A stretch of DNA of 64,000 bases. Source: Eledone cirrhosa (taxonomy: Eukaryota). The notes below the pieces were generated by a model. It did not search any database. It worked only from the letters and a program-made list of their open reading frames with translations, and was not told the origin of the DNA. Shown here piece after piece: positions 1 through 10,600 of this stretch (the stretch's first letter is position 1; the number at the start of each line of letters is the position of its first letter). The position numbers and the translations under genes were made by a program. The DNA is taken from contig OZ024743.1 in the NCBI GenBank assembly GCA_964016885.1, positions 311,922,001-311,986,000 on the forward strand. Direction: 5' to 3'.

Positions 1-795
1 TCCAAGCAGGAAAGCCACCATCTTGAAGTCTCCAATGATTTCCCAATTGTACTGGTTGTATTGCAGAGCTTCCAATAGGTCTTTCACATTGTAGTAATCT
101 TCCTTCAGGCAGACTGAATGAGCTAGGGGCAGTGTCGGGAACTTGTTTCCATTGTGGAGGAGGACAGCCTTCAAACTTGTGGTGGAGCTGTCTATAAATA
201 GCACAAATGGCACTCCAATAACGTCAAACAGTCCAGGCATGTCATGGCAGAAGCAGAGGCCATCCCTAAGAGTGTAAAAGCCTCAGAAAGGTTCGTGTTG
301 ACTTCTCTGACTTGTCACCTGCACTTCCTCCTTGACCAAGTTCCACTGCTTCATCCTGGAGACGAATAGCTCTGCATTGGATTTAGTCAGATCCATATCC
401 CTGACCAAGTCATTGACTTCTTTTTGGTTTGGGAAGTGAGGAACTTTTTCTGGTACCCCAGTATCAATAAATCTCTTTAATCCACTTTTTAACAATTTTA
501 TACTTTATTGCAATTTTATCATTTTCTTTAGGTATTACTCTTTATTTTATAATTTTAATTTAATTTTAATTTAACCTGAAACATATATAAAAAAATCATT
601 TAACATAACCAAATTAAACTTACATACAACGTAAAATCCAGCATACAAATAATTCTAGTGAATAGCTTAGAATTTTTACAAACCCAAACTTTTAACTGTT
701 TAATAGCACTTTTTTATTTATTTGGGACCTAAGCAACACAAAAAAGTGATTACAAGCCAGTAACAGAGATTAAAAAAATGTTTTGTTACACAGTG
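1..795 (-). mobile_element. Chapaev3-like (CMC superfamily) DNA transposon relic, left end, truncated by window start
   Basis: Minus strand 1-200 reads LFIDSSTTSLKAVLLHNGNKFPTLPLAHSVCLKEDYYNVKDLLEALQYNQYNWEIIGDFKMVAFLLG, and ORF 283-495 (NQKEVNDLVRDMDLTKSNAELFVSRMKQWNL) fits the same transposase type. The terminus CACTGTGTAACAAAA (minus, starting at 795) is flanked by TTA, matching a TWA target site. The coding region is broken. Confidence 0.75.
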
Positions 796-983
796 TTATC
801 AATGCTGGAGATGAGCAGATGTACAGATTTAAAGATCAAATTTTAAAAGAAAGAAGATCTATTCAGCATTTTTCAAAGAGCCAGAAGAGATAAAATATAA
901 CAAGAAAGTATTACCATATTTTTAATGAAAGACTCTGCTTATAATACTTGTTTTGAAAATAATAATTTGGAGTGATTTAGTAA

Positions 984-1205
984 TATTAGTTTCTGATTTA
1001 GGTACAAGGCCAACAATTTTGGGGAAGGTGAAAGTTGATTAAATTGACCCACAGTGTTTTACTGGTACTTTATTTTATCGACCCCCATAAGGATGAAAAG
1101 CAAAACTAAACTTGGCGAGATTAGAACTCAGAATGTAAAATCCTGTAACTCTATGCTGCAAAGCATTTTGTCCGACACTCTACCATTATTGCCAATCCAC
1201 CGCCC
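984..1205 (-). mobile_element. tRNA-derived SINE, family A
   Basis: Reverse complement has a tRNA-like head (GGCGGTGGATTGGCA...; B-box-like GAGTTCTAATC), the central motif TTTCATCCTTATGGGGGTCGATAAAATAAAGTACCAG and a TAT-type tail. The same consensus recurs at least 10 times in the window. Confidence 0.85.
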
Positions 1206-1330
1206 TATGGGATTTAGTATTATTAAAATAACTTCTTATATTAAAATATTTTCAAGCTGGTGTTTGGAACAAAACTTAGCAAAGATTCTTACATAAAATT
1301 ATCATGGAAAGGAAAATATAAACACTTTAA

Positions 1331-1935
1331 CCCTTTTGATACCAACTTCACTTCTTAGAAAGAAAACTACCCATTTTAAGGGGTTCCTATTTAGATTAAA
1401 ATCTTCCAAAATAATTTGATACAAGAACCATATAAATAATTGTTTCTACGTTAGGCACAAGGCCAGCAATTATCCAGTGTATTACTGGTACTTTATTTTA
1501 TCGACCCCGTAAGGATGAAAGGCAAAGTTAACCTCGGCGGGAATTGAACTCAGATCGTAAAGGGACGTAACTATGCTGGAAAGCATAATGCAACCCTCTA
1601 CCGATACTGCCAATTTCTGATTTAGGCACAGGGCTAACAATTTTAAGGGTGGGGAAATCAATTAAATCAACCCCAGTGCATTACTAATACTCTATTTTAC
1701 TGACTCCATAAGGATGAAAGGCAAAGCTAACTTCAGCAGAATTTGAACTTATAATGTAAAGGGCCACAACTATATGCCACAAGACAAGTAGTCTGATGCT
1801 CTACCAATAATACTAATCCACTACCTTGAACCTCTTAATAATAAAATGATTCATAATTTTGATGAATCCCTCCAAATTCTTGATGAATTAACTGAAATAC
1901 AGTGTATGTTATTAGAAATATGGTAACAAATGAGT
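1331..1935. mobile_element. Degenerate non-autonomous DNA transposon (TTAA/CCCT-type MITE) with two nested SINEs
   Basis: Starts TTAA|CCCTTTTGATACCAAC; the degenerate other end is ATGGTAACAAATGAG|TGAA (~1920-1938). Confidence 0.45.
1436..1826 (-). mobile_element. Two tandem family A SINE copies (~1436-1613, ~1614-1826)
   Basis: Both carry reverse-complemented ATCGACCCCGTAAGGATGAAAGGCAAAG-type core sequence and a TTGAACT B-box. Confidence 0.85.
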
Positions 1936-2074
1936 GAAAACCATCAGCTTTGTATAAGCAGAACCAAAGGCAGGTTGGTGTCAAAAGCATTTAAGAATGA
2001 GACCAAGGGTTTGATTTTAACAGCACAGAAACTGGGTCCTTTATAAGTACATTAATATCAAAAGGGTTCTACCA

Positions 2075-2667
2075 TTCATCTGCGTACCGTTGCCACATTT
2101 GGTCTGGTGCTTCTGTCATGCACTTTAAAAATCTAGATAAGATCCAAAGTAGAATTGTCGACATTATTGGTCCTGACTTATCATGTCAGCTTTAATCACT
2201 AACACAAACACATCGACAAAATGTTGTCTCTGCCTTTTTTATAAATATTTTTATGGGAATTGTTCTGATGAGCTTTCTACTTTGGTGCCTTGTGTTCATA
2301 GGCAGTTAGGTCTCATCTATTTATAGTTGAAGTTCCGTAACCGAAATCACAAATTCTATTCTGATAGTTTGTTCCCTCACACATCTTACCAATGGAATTC
2401 TTTTTCAGCTTCTTGCATTCCTGGCCACTACAATTTGCAAAATTTCAAAAGCAACACCAATCATCATCATCTCTCTCCTTGAATTATGTTCTCTATGTTT
2501 TGCCTTTCTCTCTTCTGAGAAAACCCTTGTATTTTACTTTATTGCCTTGATTAGGTTGAGTAATGTATATATATATATGTGTGTTAGGTGTGTTACAACA
2601 GTTACAGGCAGCATGCCATTTGAAATTTTACTGGCTTTATTGCCTTGATTAGGGTGAGCAAAAAAAG
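2075..2667 (+). mobile_element. 3' end relic of a CR1-group LINE
   Basis: Translates with breaks as CHIWSGASVMHFKNLDKIQSRIVDIIGPDLS...FYKYFYGNCSDELSTLVP...YSDSLFPHTSYQWNSF...YNLQNFKSN, typical of a LINE ORF2 C-terminus. The 3' UTR motif TTTATTGCCTTGATTAGG is duplicated and followed by an A-tail. Confidence 0.65.
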
Positions 2668-2829
2668 ATTCTTAATGTTAATTTTTTTTAATTAGCTTCT
2701 ATTCATGTAGGCATTTTATAATTCATTTTAAAATAATAATTGATTTCAGAAAGAGAATAGAGCTACCACAATTGCATTCAAATGACTGATTGATAAACAT
2801 TATGAAACATCTCCATTTTTATTTTCAAG

Positions 2830-2913
2830 GGTTGCAAACAAACCATTACTGATCTGGTAACACGGTACCATGGTGTTTTAATTGCAGTGTCATTAACAAT
2901 ACTTGTTCTTGAA
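2830..2913 (+). CDS. Penultimate coding exon of a probable tetraspanin-family gene (end of EC2 plus first half of TM4)
   Basis: Splice context ttttattttcaag|GGT...GAA|gtaagt; 84 bp, phase 0/0. Reads GCKQTITDLVTRYHGVLIAVSLTILVLE, with the GC preceding TM4 and a polar E within TM4, an exon shape typical of tetraspanins. Confidence 0.8.
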
Positions 2914-2984
2914 GTAAGTAACAATCATGAAGAAAACACTTTACCACATTTTCAATTGATTTACATTGCTTAATATCTAATACA

Positions 2985-3145
2985 AAGGCAGAAAATTGGT
3001 AAAGTCCTTAGAATGTCAGATAAAGTGTTTTGTCATATATTCAATCTGGCTCTCTGCTCTCTCAGTTCAAATCCCACCAATGTCAACTTTGCCTTTCATC
3101 CATTCGAGGTCAATAAAAAAGTACTAGTCTAGTAATTGGGTCAAT
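2985..3145 (+). mobile_element. Diverged family A SINE
   Basis: Contains CAGTTCAAATCCCACC and CTTTGCCTTTCATCCATTCGAGGTCAATAAAAAAGTAC. Confidence 0.7.
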
Positions 3146-3519
3146 TCTTTTTTCTAAATCTCTTTCTCACTTCCATTCTCTCATTCTCTATCCTTCTCTG
3201 GAAGAAATCTGCTTTATTCAGACCTCAAGAAATGGGCTCTGCCATGTTTTAAAAAAATGTCCTAGAAATGCTGTATATCAATACGGTGCCCTTATGACTC
3301 AATCAGGAGTTATGGTTCCATGCATAACATGAATGATCATATTTTTTTATAGATTGTTGGTCAAGCACTTTGTTTATGGTCTGGTGGTTCTTAGAAAAGT
3401 AGAAAAATATAAATGGTCTATTACCTTAATCTATTTTTAGTGGTTAGTAATCTTTTGTTTTGGAAGTGGCTATGGAATTTGACTTAATAGTGTTCTAAAT
3501 TTTGATATATATCTATGTA

Positions 3520-3742
3520 TATAAGAAGAATTAGATGTAGTATGCAGGAGAGAATACTATGTTGGTATGGCCATGTAGCATGTATCGATGAAGAAGTGAC
3601 AAGAAATCCCAGTGGAAGGAAGCCACAGTTAAGGGAGACCAAAGAAGACCAGGGCAGAGGTGGTGACAGCTGATCTCAAATTGCTGAGACTCACAAAGAT
3701 GATGAAAGAATGTGATGAGTGGAGAGATGCTGTACTGAAAAT
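3520..3742 (+). mobile_element. RTE-clade LINE ORF2 C-terminal fragment
   Basis: Reads IRCSMQERILCWYGHVA...GRPKKTRAEVVTADLKLLRLT...EWRDAVLK, homologous to RLRWYGHV...GRPRKTWDDLINSDL in the RTE at 53212-53652. Confidence 0.75.
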
Positions 3743-3754
3743 AGCATATAGTTA

Positions 3755-4098
3755 CAGCCCTTTATGTTATGCCATGGTTAGCTTTGCTTTTCATCCTTAC
3801 AGGATCGATAAAATAAAGTATCAGTAATGCACTGAGGTTGATTTAATCGACTTTCCCTCCCCCAAAATTGTTGGCCTTATGCCTAAATCAGAAACCATTA
3901 TTAATCAGACAATTAGAGTGGTGGATTGGCAGTAATCGGTAGAGCATTGGACAAAACTCTTTGCAACATATAGATACAGCTTGTTACATTCTGAGTTCAA
4001 ATACCACTATGATCAGCTTTGCTTTTCATCATTACAAAGTCAATAAAATAAAGTATCAGTAATGCACTGGGGTTGATTTAATCAGAAACCATTATTAC
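3755..4098 (+). mobile_element. Two family A SINE copies (5'-truncated ~3755-3902; ~3915-4098)
   Basis: Shared core CTTTGCTTTTCATC...ATAAAATAAAGTATCAGTAATGCACTG and tail AATCAGAAACCATTATTA. Confidence 0.8.
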
Positions 4099-4192
4099 TA
4101 TTAAGCAATATTGATGTTGTGGCTAGTATGAGTATCTTTTCTATAAAACCACAACCTATGCTCTAGGAATAGAAACATTGTTCTTTTTTTTT

Positions 4193-5237
4193 ATTATGAT
4201 CCTTCCACACTATATTGGCCATCATCATCATAATTCCATATTATCTTGACTATCATTATGATCCTTCCATACTATGTTCGCTATCATTATGATCCTTCCA
4301 TACCATCTTGGCTATCATTATGATCCTTCCATACTATCTTGGCTATCTTGGCAGTATCGGTAGAGAGTCGGACGCTATGCTTTCCAGCATAGTTACGTCC
4401 CTTTACGATCTGAGTTCACATCCCGCCGAGGTTCACTTTGCCTTTCATCCTTACGGGGTCGATAAAATAAAGTACCAGTAATGCACTGGATAATTGATGG
4501 CCTTGTGCCAAAAGTAGAAACAATTATGATCCTTCCATACCATATTGGCTAAATTATGATCTTTCCATACTATCTTGGCTATCATTATGATCCTTCCATA
4601 CTATGTTCGCTATCATTATGATCCTTCCATACTATCTTGGCTATCATTATAATCCTTCCATACTATCTTAGATATCATTATGATCCTTCCATACTATCTT
4701 GGCTATTGTTATGATTCTTCCATACTATCTTGGCTATCATTATAATCCTTCCATACTATCTTGGCTATTGTTATGATCGTTCCATACTATCTTGACTATT
4801 GTTATGATTCTTCCATACTATCTTGGCTATCATTATAATCCTTCCATACTATCTTAGATATCATTATGATCCTTCCATACTATCTTGGCTATTGTTATGA
4901 TTCTTCCATACTATCTTGACTATTGTTATGATCGTTCCATACTATCTTGACTATTGTTATGATCGTTCCATACTATCTTGACTATTGTTATGATCCTTCC
5001 ATACTATCTTAGATATCATTATGATCCTTCCATACTATCTTGGCTATCATTATGATCCTTCCATACTATCTTAGATATCATTATGATCCTTCCATATTAT
5101 TTTGGCTATTGTTATGATTCTTCCATACTATCTTGGCTATTGTTATGATCCTTCCATATTATCTTAGATATCATTATGATCCTTCCATACTATCTTAGAT
5201 ATCATTATGATCCTTCCATACGATCTTGGCTATTGTT
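4193..5237. repeat. 31-bp minisatellite (TATGATCCTTCCATACTATCTTGGCTATCAT)n, ~28 copies, interrupted by a SINE
   Basis: Direct 31-bp periodicity with variants TTGGCTATC / TTAGATATC / TTGACTATTG. Confidence 0.95.
4348..4525 (+). mobile_element. Young family A SINE inserted in the minisatellite
   Basis: TTGGCAGTATCGGTAGAG...GAGTTCACATCCCGCCGAGG...CATCCTTACGGGGTCGATAAAATAAAGTACC...AGTAGAAACAAT; CpGs are retained. Confidence 0.9.
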
Positions 5238-5239
5238 AT

Positions 5240-5565
5240 TCTGTGTCAAGGAATTTTTGGATAATTCTTGCTGATCAAATTAAACAAATATTTTTGCACT
5301 GCATCTATTTCCGGATTAGCTTGCCAATATTTCTTTTCAAATTGTTTGTCACAGTTAACTAAAGTTTTCTCATCACAATTGACAAGATGATCATAACATT
5401 GTCAAATTCTTTTTTCCAGTTCTTAATGATTTCATATTGCAAGTCAGTGTAATGTTCTACTTCTATCTTTCTTCCTTTCCTTTACTCTGACATAACATGT
5501 TCATTTCATATCTATTACTGTGCACACTTTCTTCTTATTAACAACTACAATATCCAGCTTCGTAG
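5240..5565 (-). mobile_element. R4/Dong-like non-LTR relic, restriction-like endonuclease domain
   Basis: Minus strand reads DIVVVNKKKVCTVID...EHYTDLQYEIIKNW...SARIIQKFLD, a degenerate PD-(D/E)xK C-terminal domain. Confidence 0.6.
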
Positions 5566-5630
5566 TTTGTATTTTAGTTTCAGTTATTGTTATTTATGTT
5601 ATTCACTAATATTATTTTATTATTATTATT

Positions 5631-6175
5631 ATTACGGGGTCGATAAAATAAAGTACCAGTAATGCACTGAGTAATTGCTGGCCTTGTGCCTAAAGTAGAA
5701 ACAATTATTATTATTATTGTTGTTGTTAGGTTGGTGGAATGGCAGTATCAGTAGAACATTGGACAACATGTTTCGTGGCATAGACTTACAGCCCTTTATG
5801 TTCTGAGTTCAAATTCTACTGAGGTTGGCTTTGCCTTTCATCCTTACGAGGTTGATAAAATAAGTACCAGTAATGCACTGGGGTCGATTTAATCGATTTT
5901 CCCTTCCCTCAAAATTATTGACCTTGTGCCTAAATCAGAAACCATTATTTTTGGGGTGGTGGGTTGGCAGAATTGGTAGAGCATCGGACAATATACTTTG
6001 CAGCAAATAGTCACTGTGCTTTACATTCTGAGCTTAAATCTTGCCAAGGTTAGCTTTGCTTTTCATCCTTATGGAGTTGATAAAATAAAGCACTAGTAAT
6101 GCACTGGGGTCAATTTAATCGACTTTCCCATCTCCTAAAATTGTTGGCCTCGTGCCTAAATCAGAAGCTATTATC
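5631..6175 (+). mobile_element. Three tandem family A SINEs (partial 5631-5706; ~5728-5948; ~5953-6175)
   Basis: Repeated heads GGTGG..TGGCAG.AT, B-box GAGTTCAAAT and the core TTTCATCCTTA(C/T)G; copies sit in (TTA)n tails. Confidence 0.85.
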
Positions 6176-6580
6176 ATTCTTTGAAACTTCCTTTGAATTC
6201 TGCTTCTTTGCCAAATAATGCAGACTATCAACCTTACACCAGAGGCAAAATTTGGTAATACACATATTTTACTATCAATCGTCATACAAATGATGCCCCA
6301 AGTGTACAAACATCAGTAAATGTCTTTGCAAGGTTTTTAAAGTGATAATGCACTTCTCAGGACATGGACAGTGCCAGTCAGCATTATTTTCATATCATGG
6401 GTAGCAGTTAGAGAAGGTAACCAGAAGTTTGGCACTTTATCAATGCCAGGGGATTTCCATTTGTTGGCTTTCTTTACTGCCAACTCCAGTTCTTCCATAG
6501 TTATGTCTTGCCAGGTTTGCTTTTCTAAGTTATTGTATGTTTCTTCCATATTCTTTCTCCAATCTGCATTCGCATTACGT
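6176..6580 (-). mobile_element. R4/Dong-like non-LTR relic, pre-RT region
   Basis: ORF 6337-6549 reads DITMEELELAVKKANKWKSPGIDKVPNFWLPSLTATH, with the WKSPG.D.V.NFW motif of RLE-type retrotransposons. Probably the same element as 5240-5565, internally deleted. Confidence 0.65.
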
Positions 6581-6607
6581 GATTTATTATTACTATTATT
6601 ATCATTT

Positions 6608-6832
6608 AGGGCAGTGGGTTGGCAGTATTGGTAGGGCGCTGGAACAACTTGCTTTGCAGCATAGAGTTCAGCCCTTTACATTCTGAGTTCAAATTCTGCT
6701 GAGGTTAGCTTTGCCTTTCATCCTTACGGGGTCAATATGTAAAGTACCAACTAGGGTTGAGTTAATCAACTTTCAACTTTCCCCTACCCCAAAAAATTGT
6801 TGGCCTTATGCCTAAATCAGAAATCATTATTA
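6608..6832 (+). mobile_element. Family A SINE
   Basis: GGGCAGTGGGTTGGCAGTATTGGTAG...GAGTTCAAATTCTGC...TTTCATCCTTACGGGGTC...AATCAGAAATCATTATTATT. Confidence 0.85.
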
Positions 6833-6910
6833 TTATTATTTTATATGATATACTATCATGTTTAATATGTTTTGTTATTGTTTTTTTTTGTTTTTTTTGT
6901 ATTTTTACAG

Positions 6911-6982
6911 TGTCTGTCTCTTTATTTATCATTGACATTTTTGGGGATCATAGTTTCCAAAGAATATGATCTGGATCATTAG
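6911..6982 (+). CDS. Terminal coding exon of the probable tetraspanin (end of TM4 plus short cytoplasmic tail)
   Basis: Strong T-rich acceptor (tttttttgttttttttgtatttttacag|), phase 0 in frame with exon 2830-2913. Reads CLSLYLSLTFLGIIVSKEYDLDH*, followed by an AT-rich UTR. Confidence 0.72.
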   Translation, partial: CLSLYLSLTFLGIIVSKEYDLDH

Positions 6983-7142
6983 AAGACTGCTTATTCTGAC
7001 ATCTTCCAGACCATTCTTCAACCACAGAATTAAGCAAGCTAGCCAATTCACACCACCAAGTTTGCCTTATCATATGCTAAAATATTTTATACATGATATC
7101 TGTATAGAAACATATCTACATTTGACATAGTTGTTTTTTGTT

Positions 7143-7148
7143 AATAAA
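7143..7148 (+). promoter_or_regulatory. Candidate polyadenylation signal AATAAA of the tetraspanin-like gene
   Basis: AATAAA lies 160 bp after the stop, with T-rich sequence further downstream. Confidence 0.5.
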
Positions 7149-7225
7149 GCACAAATCATTTTTCAAAAATCAAATTAACTCTTTTGTTACTGTATTTCTA
7201 ATTAAATATATTAAAAGAGAACTGA

Positions 7226-7414
7226 ACCCTACCTGTATCTTGAATTCCTCACTAAACTCGTTACCTACTCTCACTTTACTGACAGCTCCTTTGCATATGG
7301 CTTACACTGCTCTTACAAGCCACTCATCTACTCCCAATTCCCTTAAGGACCACCAAATAATAGATTAGGGTTCTCTGACCAAGGCATTTTTTATATCTAC
7401 AAAAGTTAGATAAA
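7226..7414 (-). mobile_element. RTE LINE RT fragment
   Basis: Minus strand reads YLTFVDIKNA...IIWWSLRELGVDEWLVRAV...SKVRVGNEFSEEFKIQVG, homologous to 54290-54480. Confidence 0.8.
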
Positions 7415-7532
7415 TCATCATCATTGTTTAATGTCGTAGAATGCATTTAGCTAGGAACTTTTCTGCATGTCTTCTAATTTTATTCATTCCTAAATTAGTT
7501 GTATTAACAATCTTTCTGTCACTTTCATAATC

Positions 7533-7698
7533 ATATTTATGGATGCCTCTGTGTTGGTAGAAGATGCTCATAATAGAGAGACCATTGCTAGAACAGAAGT
7601 CTAGTAAGGCCTCTCCATTCATATTTAGATGAGGGTCACCATTCTTTCCAATCACTCCTTTCCATATCAGGTGGTCAGTGCCAACATGTACATTGAAG
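7533..7698 (-). mobile_element. RTE-clade (Rex3/Expander-like) LINE APE endonuclease fragment, downstream half
   Basis: Minus strand reads FNVHVGTDHLIWKGVIGKNGDPHLNMNGEALLDFCSSNGLSIMSIFYQHRGIHKY; the first nine codons lie inside the first satellite monomer. Confidence 0.85.
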
Positions 7699-10600
7699 GA
7701 GCAGGAACTAGTAGAGGAGGGTGGTCAGTACCAACATATACATTGAAGGAGCAGGAACTAGTAGAGGAGGGTGGTCAGTGCCAACATGTACATTGAAGGA
7801 GCAGGAACTAGTAGAGGAGGGTGGTCCATGCCAACATCTACATTGAAGGAGCAGGAACTAGTAGAGGAGGGTGGTCAGTACCAACATCTACATTGAAGGA
7901 GCAGGAACTAGTAGAGGAGGGTGGTCAGTGCCAACATGTACATTGAAGGAGCAGGAACTAGTAGAGGAGGGTGGTCAGTGCCAACATCTACATTGAAGGA
8001 GCAGGAACTAGTAGAGGAGGGTGGTCAGTGCCAACATCTACATTGAAGGAGCAGGAACTAGTAGAGGAGGGTGGTCAGTGCCAACATCTACATTGAAGGA
8101 GCAGGAACTAGTAGAGGAGGGTGGTCAGTGCCAACATGTACATTGAAGGAGCAGGAACTAGTAGAGGAGGGTGGTCAGTGCCAACATCTACATTGAAGGA
8201 GCAGGAACTAGTAGAGGAGGGTGGTCAGTACCAACATGTACATTGAAGGAGCAGGAACTAGTAGAGGAGGGTGGTCAGTGCCAACATCTACATTGAAGGA
8301 GCAGGAACTAGTAGAGGAGGGTGGTCAGTGCCAACATCTATATTGAAGGAGCAGGAACTAGTAGAGGAGGGTGGTCAGTGCCAACATCTACATTGAAGGA
8401 GCAGGAACTAGTAGAGGAGGGTGGTCAGTACAAACATCTACATTGAAGGAGCAGGAACTAGTAGAGGAGGGTGGTCAGTGCCAACATCTATATTGAAGGA
8501 GCAGGAACTAGTAGAGGAGGGTGGTCAGTGCCAACATCTACATTGAAGGAGCAGGAACTAGTAGAGGAGGGTGGTCAGTGCCAACATCTACATTGAAGGA
8601 GCAGGAACTAGTAGAGGAGGGTGGTCAGTACCAACATCTACATTGAAGGAGCAGGAACTAGTAGAGGAGGGTGGTCAGTGCCAACATGTACATTGAAGGA
8701 GCAGGAACTAGTAGAGGAGGGTGGTCAGTGCCAACATCTACATTGAAGGAGCAGGAACTAGTAGAGGAGGGTGGTCAGTGCCAACATCTATATTGAAGGA
8801 GCAGGAACTAGTAGAGGAGGGTGGTCAGTGCCAACATCTACATTGAAGGAGCAGGAACTAGTAGAGGAGGGTGGTCAGTGCCAACATCTACATTGAAGGA
8901 GCAGGAACTAGTAGAGGAGGGTGGTCAGTGCCAACATCTACATTGAAGGAGCAGGAACTAGTAGAGGAGGGTGGTCAGTGCCAGCATCTACATTGAAGGA
9001 GCAGGAACTAGTAGAGGAGGGTGGTCAGTGCCAACATGTACATTGAAGGAGCAGGAACTAGTAGAGGAGGGTGGTCAGTACAAACATCTACATTGAAGGA
9101 GCAGGAACTAGTAGAGGAGGGTGGTCAGTGCCAACATCTACATTGAAGGAGCAGGAACTAGTAGAGGAGGGTGGTCAGTGCCAACATGTACATTGAAGGA
9201 GCAGGAACTAGTAGAGGAGGGTGGTCAGTGCCAACATCTACATTGAAGGAGCAGGAACTAGTAGAGGAGGGTGGTCAGTACCAACATGTACATTGAAGGA
9301 GCAGGAACTAGTAGAGGAGGGTGGTCAGTGCCAACATCTACATTGAAGGAGCAGGAACTAGTAGAGGAGGGTGGTCAGTGCCAACATCTACATTGAAGGA
9401 GCAGGTACTAGTAGAGGAGGGTGGTCAGTGCCAACATCTACATTGAAGGAGCAGGAACTAGTAGAGGAGGGTGGTCAGTGCCAACATCTACATTGAAGGA
9501 GCAGGTACTAGTAGAGGAGGGTGGTCAGTGCCAACATCTACATTGAAGGAGCAGGAACTAGTAGAGGAGGGTGGTCAGTGCCAACATGTACATTGAAGGA
9601 GCAGGAACTAGTAGAGGAGGGTGGTCAGTGCCAACATCTACATTGAAGGAGCAGGAACTAGTAGAGGAGGGTGGTCAGTACCAACATGTACATTGAAGGA
9701 GCAGGAACTAGTAGAGGAGGGTGGTCAGTACAAACATCTACATTGAAGGAGCAGGAACTAGTAGAGGAGGGTGGTCAGTGCCAACATCTACATTGAAGGA
9801 GCAGGAACTAGTAGAGGAGGGTGGTCAGTGCCAACATCTATATTGAAGGAGCAGGAACTAGTAGAGGAGGGTGGTCAGTGCCAACATCTACATTGAAGGA
9901 GCAGGAACTAGTAGAGGAGGGTGGTCAGTGCCAACATCTACATTGAAGGAGCAGGAACTAGTAGAGGAGGGTGGTCAGTGCCAGCATCTACATTGAAGGA
10001 GCAGGAACTAGTAGAGGAGGGTGGTCAGTGCCAACATGTACATTGAAGGAGCAGGAACTAGTAGAGGAGGGTGGTCAGTACAAACATCTACATTGAAGGA
10101 GCAGGAACTAGTAGAGGAGGGTGGTCAGTGCCAACATCTATATTGAAGGAGCAGGAACTAGTAGAGGAGGGTGGTCAGTGCCAGCATCTATATTGAAGGA
10201 GCAGGAACTAGTAGAGGAGGGTGGTCCATGCCAGCATCTACATTGAAGGAGCAGGAACTAGTAGAGGAGGGTGGTCAGTGCCAACATCTACATTGAAGGA
10301 GCAGGAATTAGTAGAGGAGGGTGGTCAGTGCCAACATCTACATTGAAGGAGCAGGAACTAGTAGAGGAGGGTGGTCCATGCCAACATGTACATTGAAGGA
10401 GCAGGAACTAGTAGAGGAGGGTGGTCAGTGCCAACATCTACATTGAAGGAGCAGGAACTAGTAGAGGAGGGTGGTCCATGCCAACATGTACATTGAAGGA
10501 GCAGGAACTAGTAGAGGAGGGTGGTCAGTGCCAACATCTACATTGAAGGAGCAGGAACTAGTAGAGGAGGGTGGTCAGTGCCAACATCTACATTGAAGGA

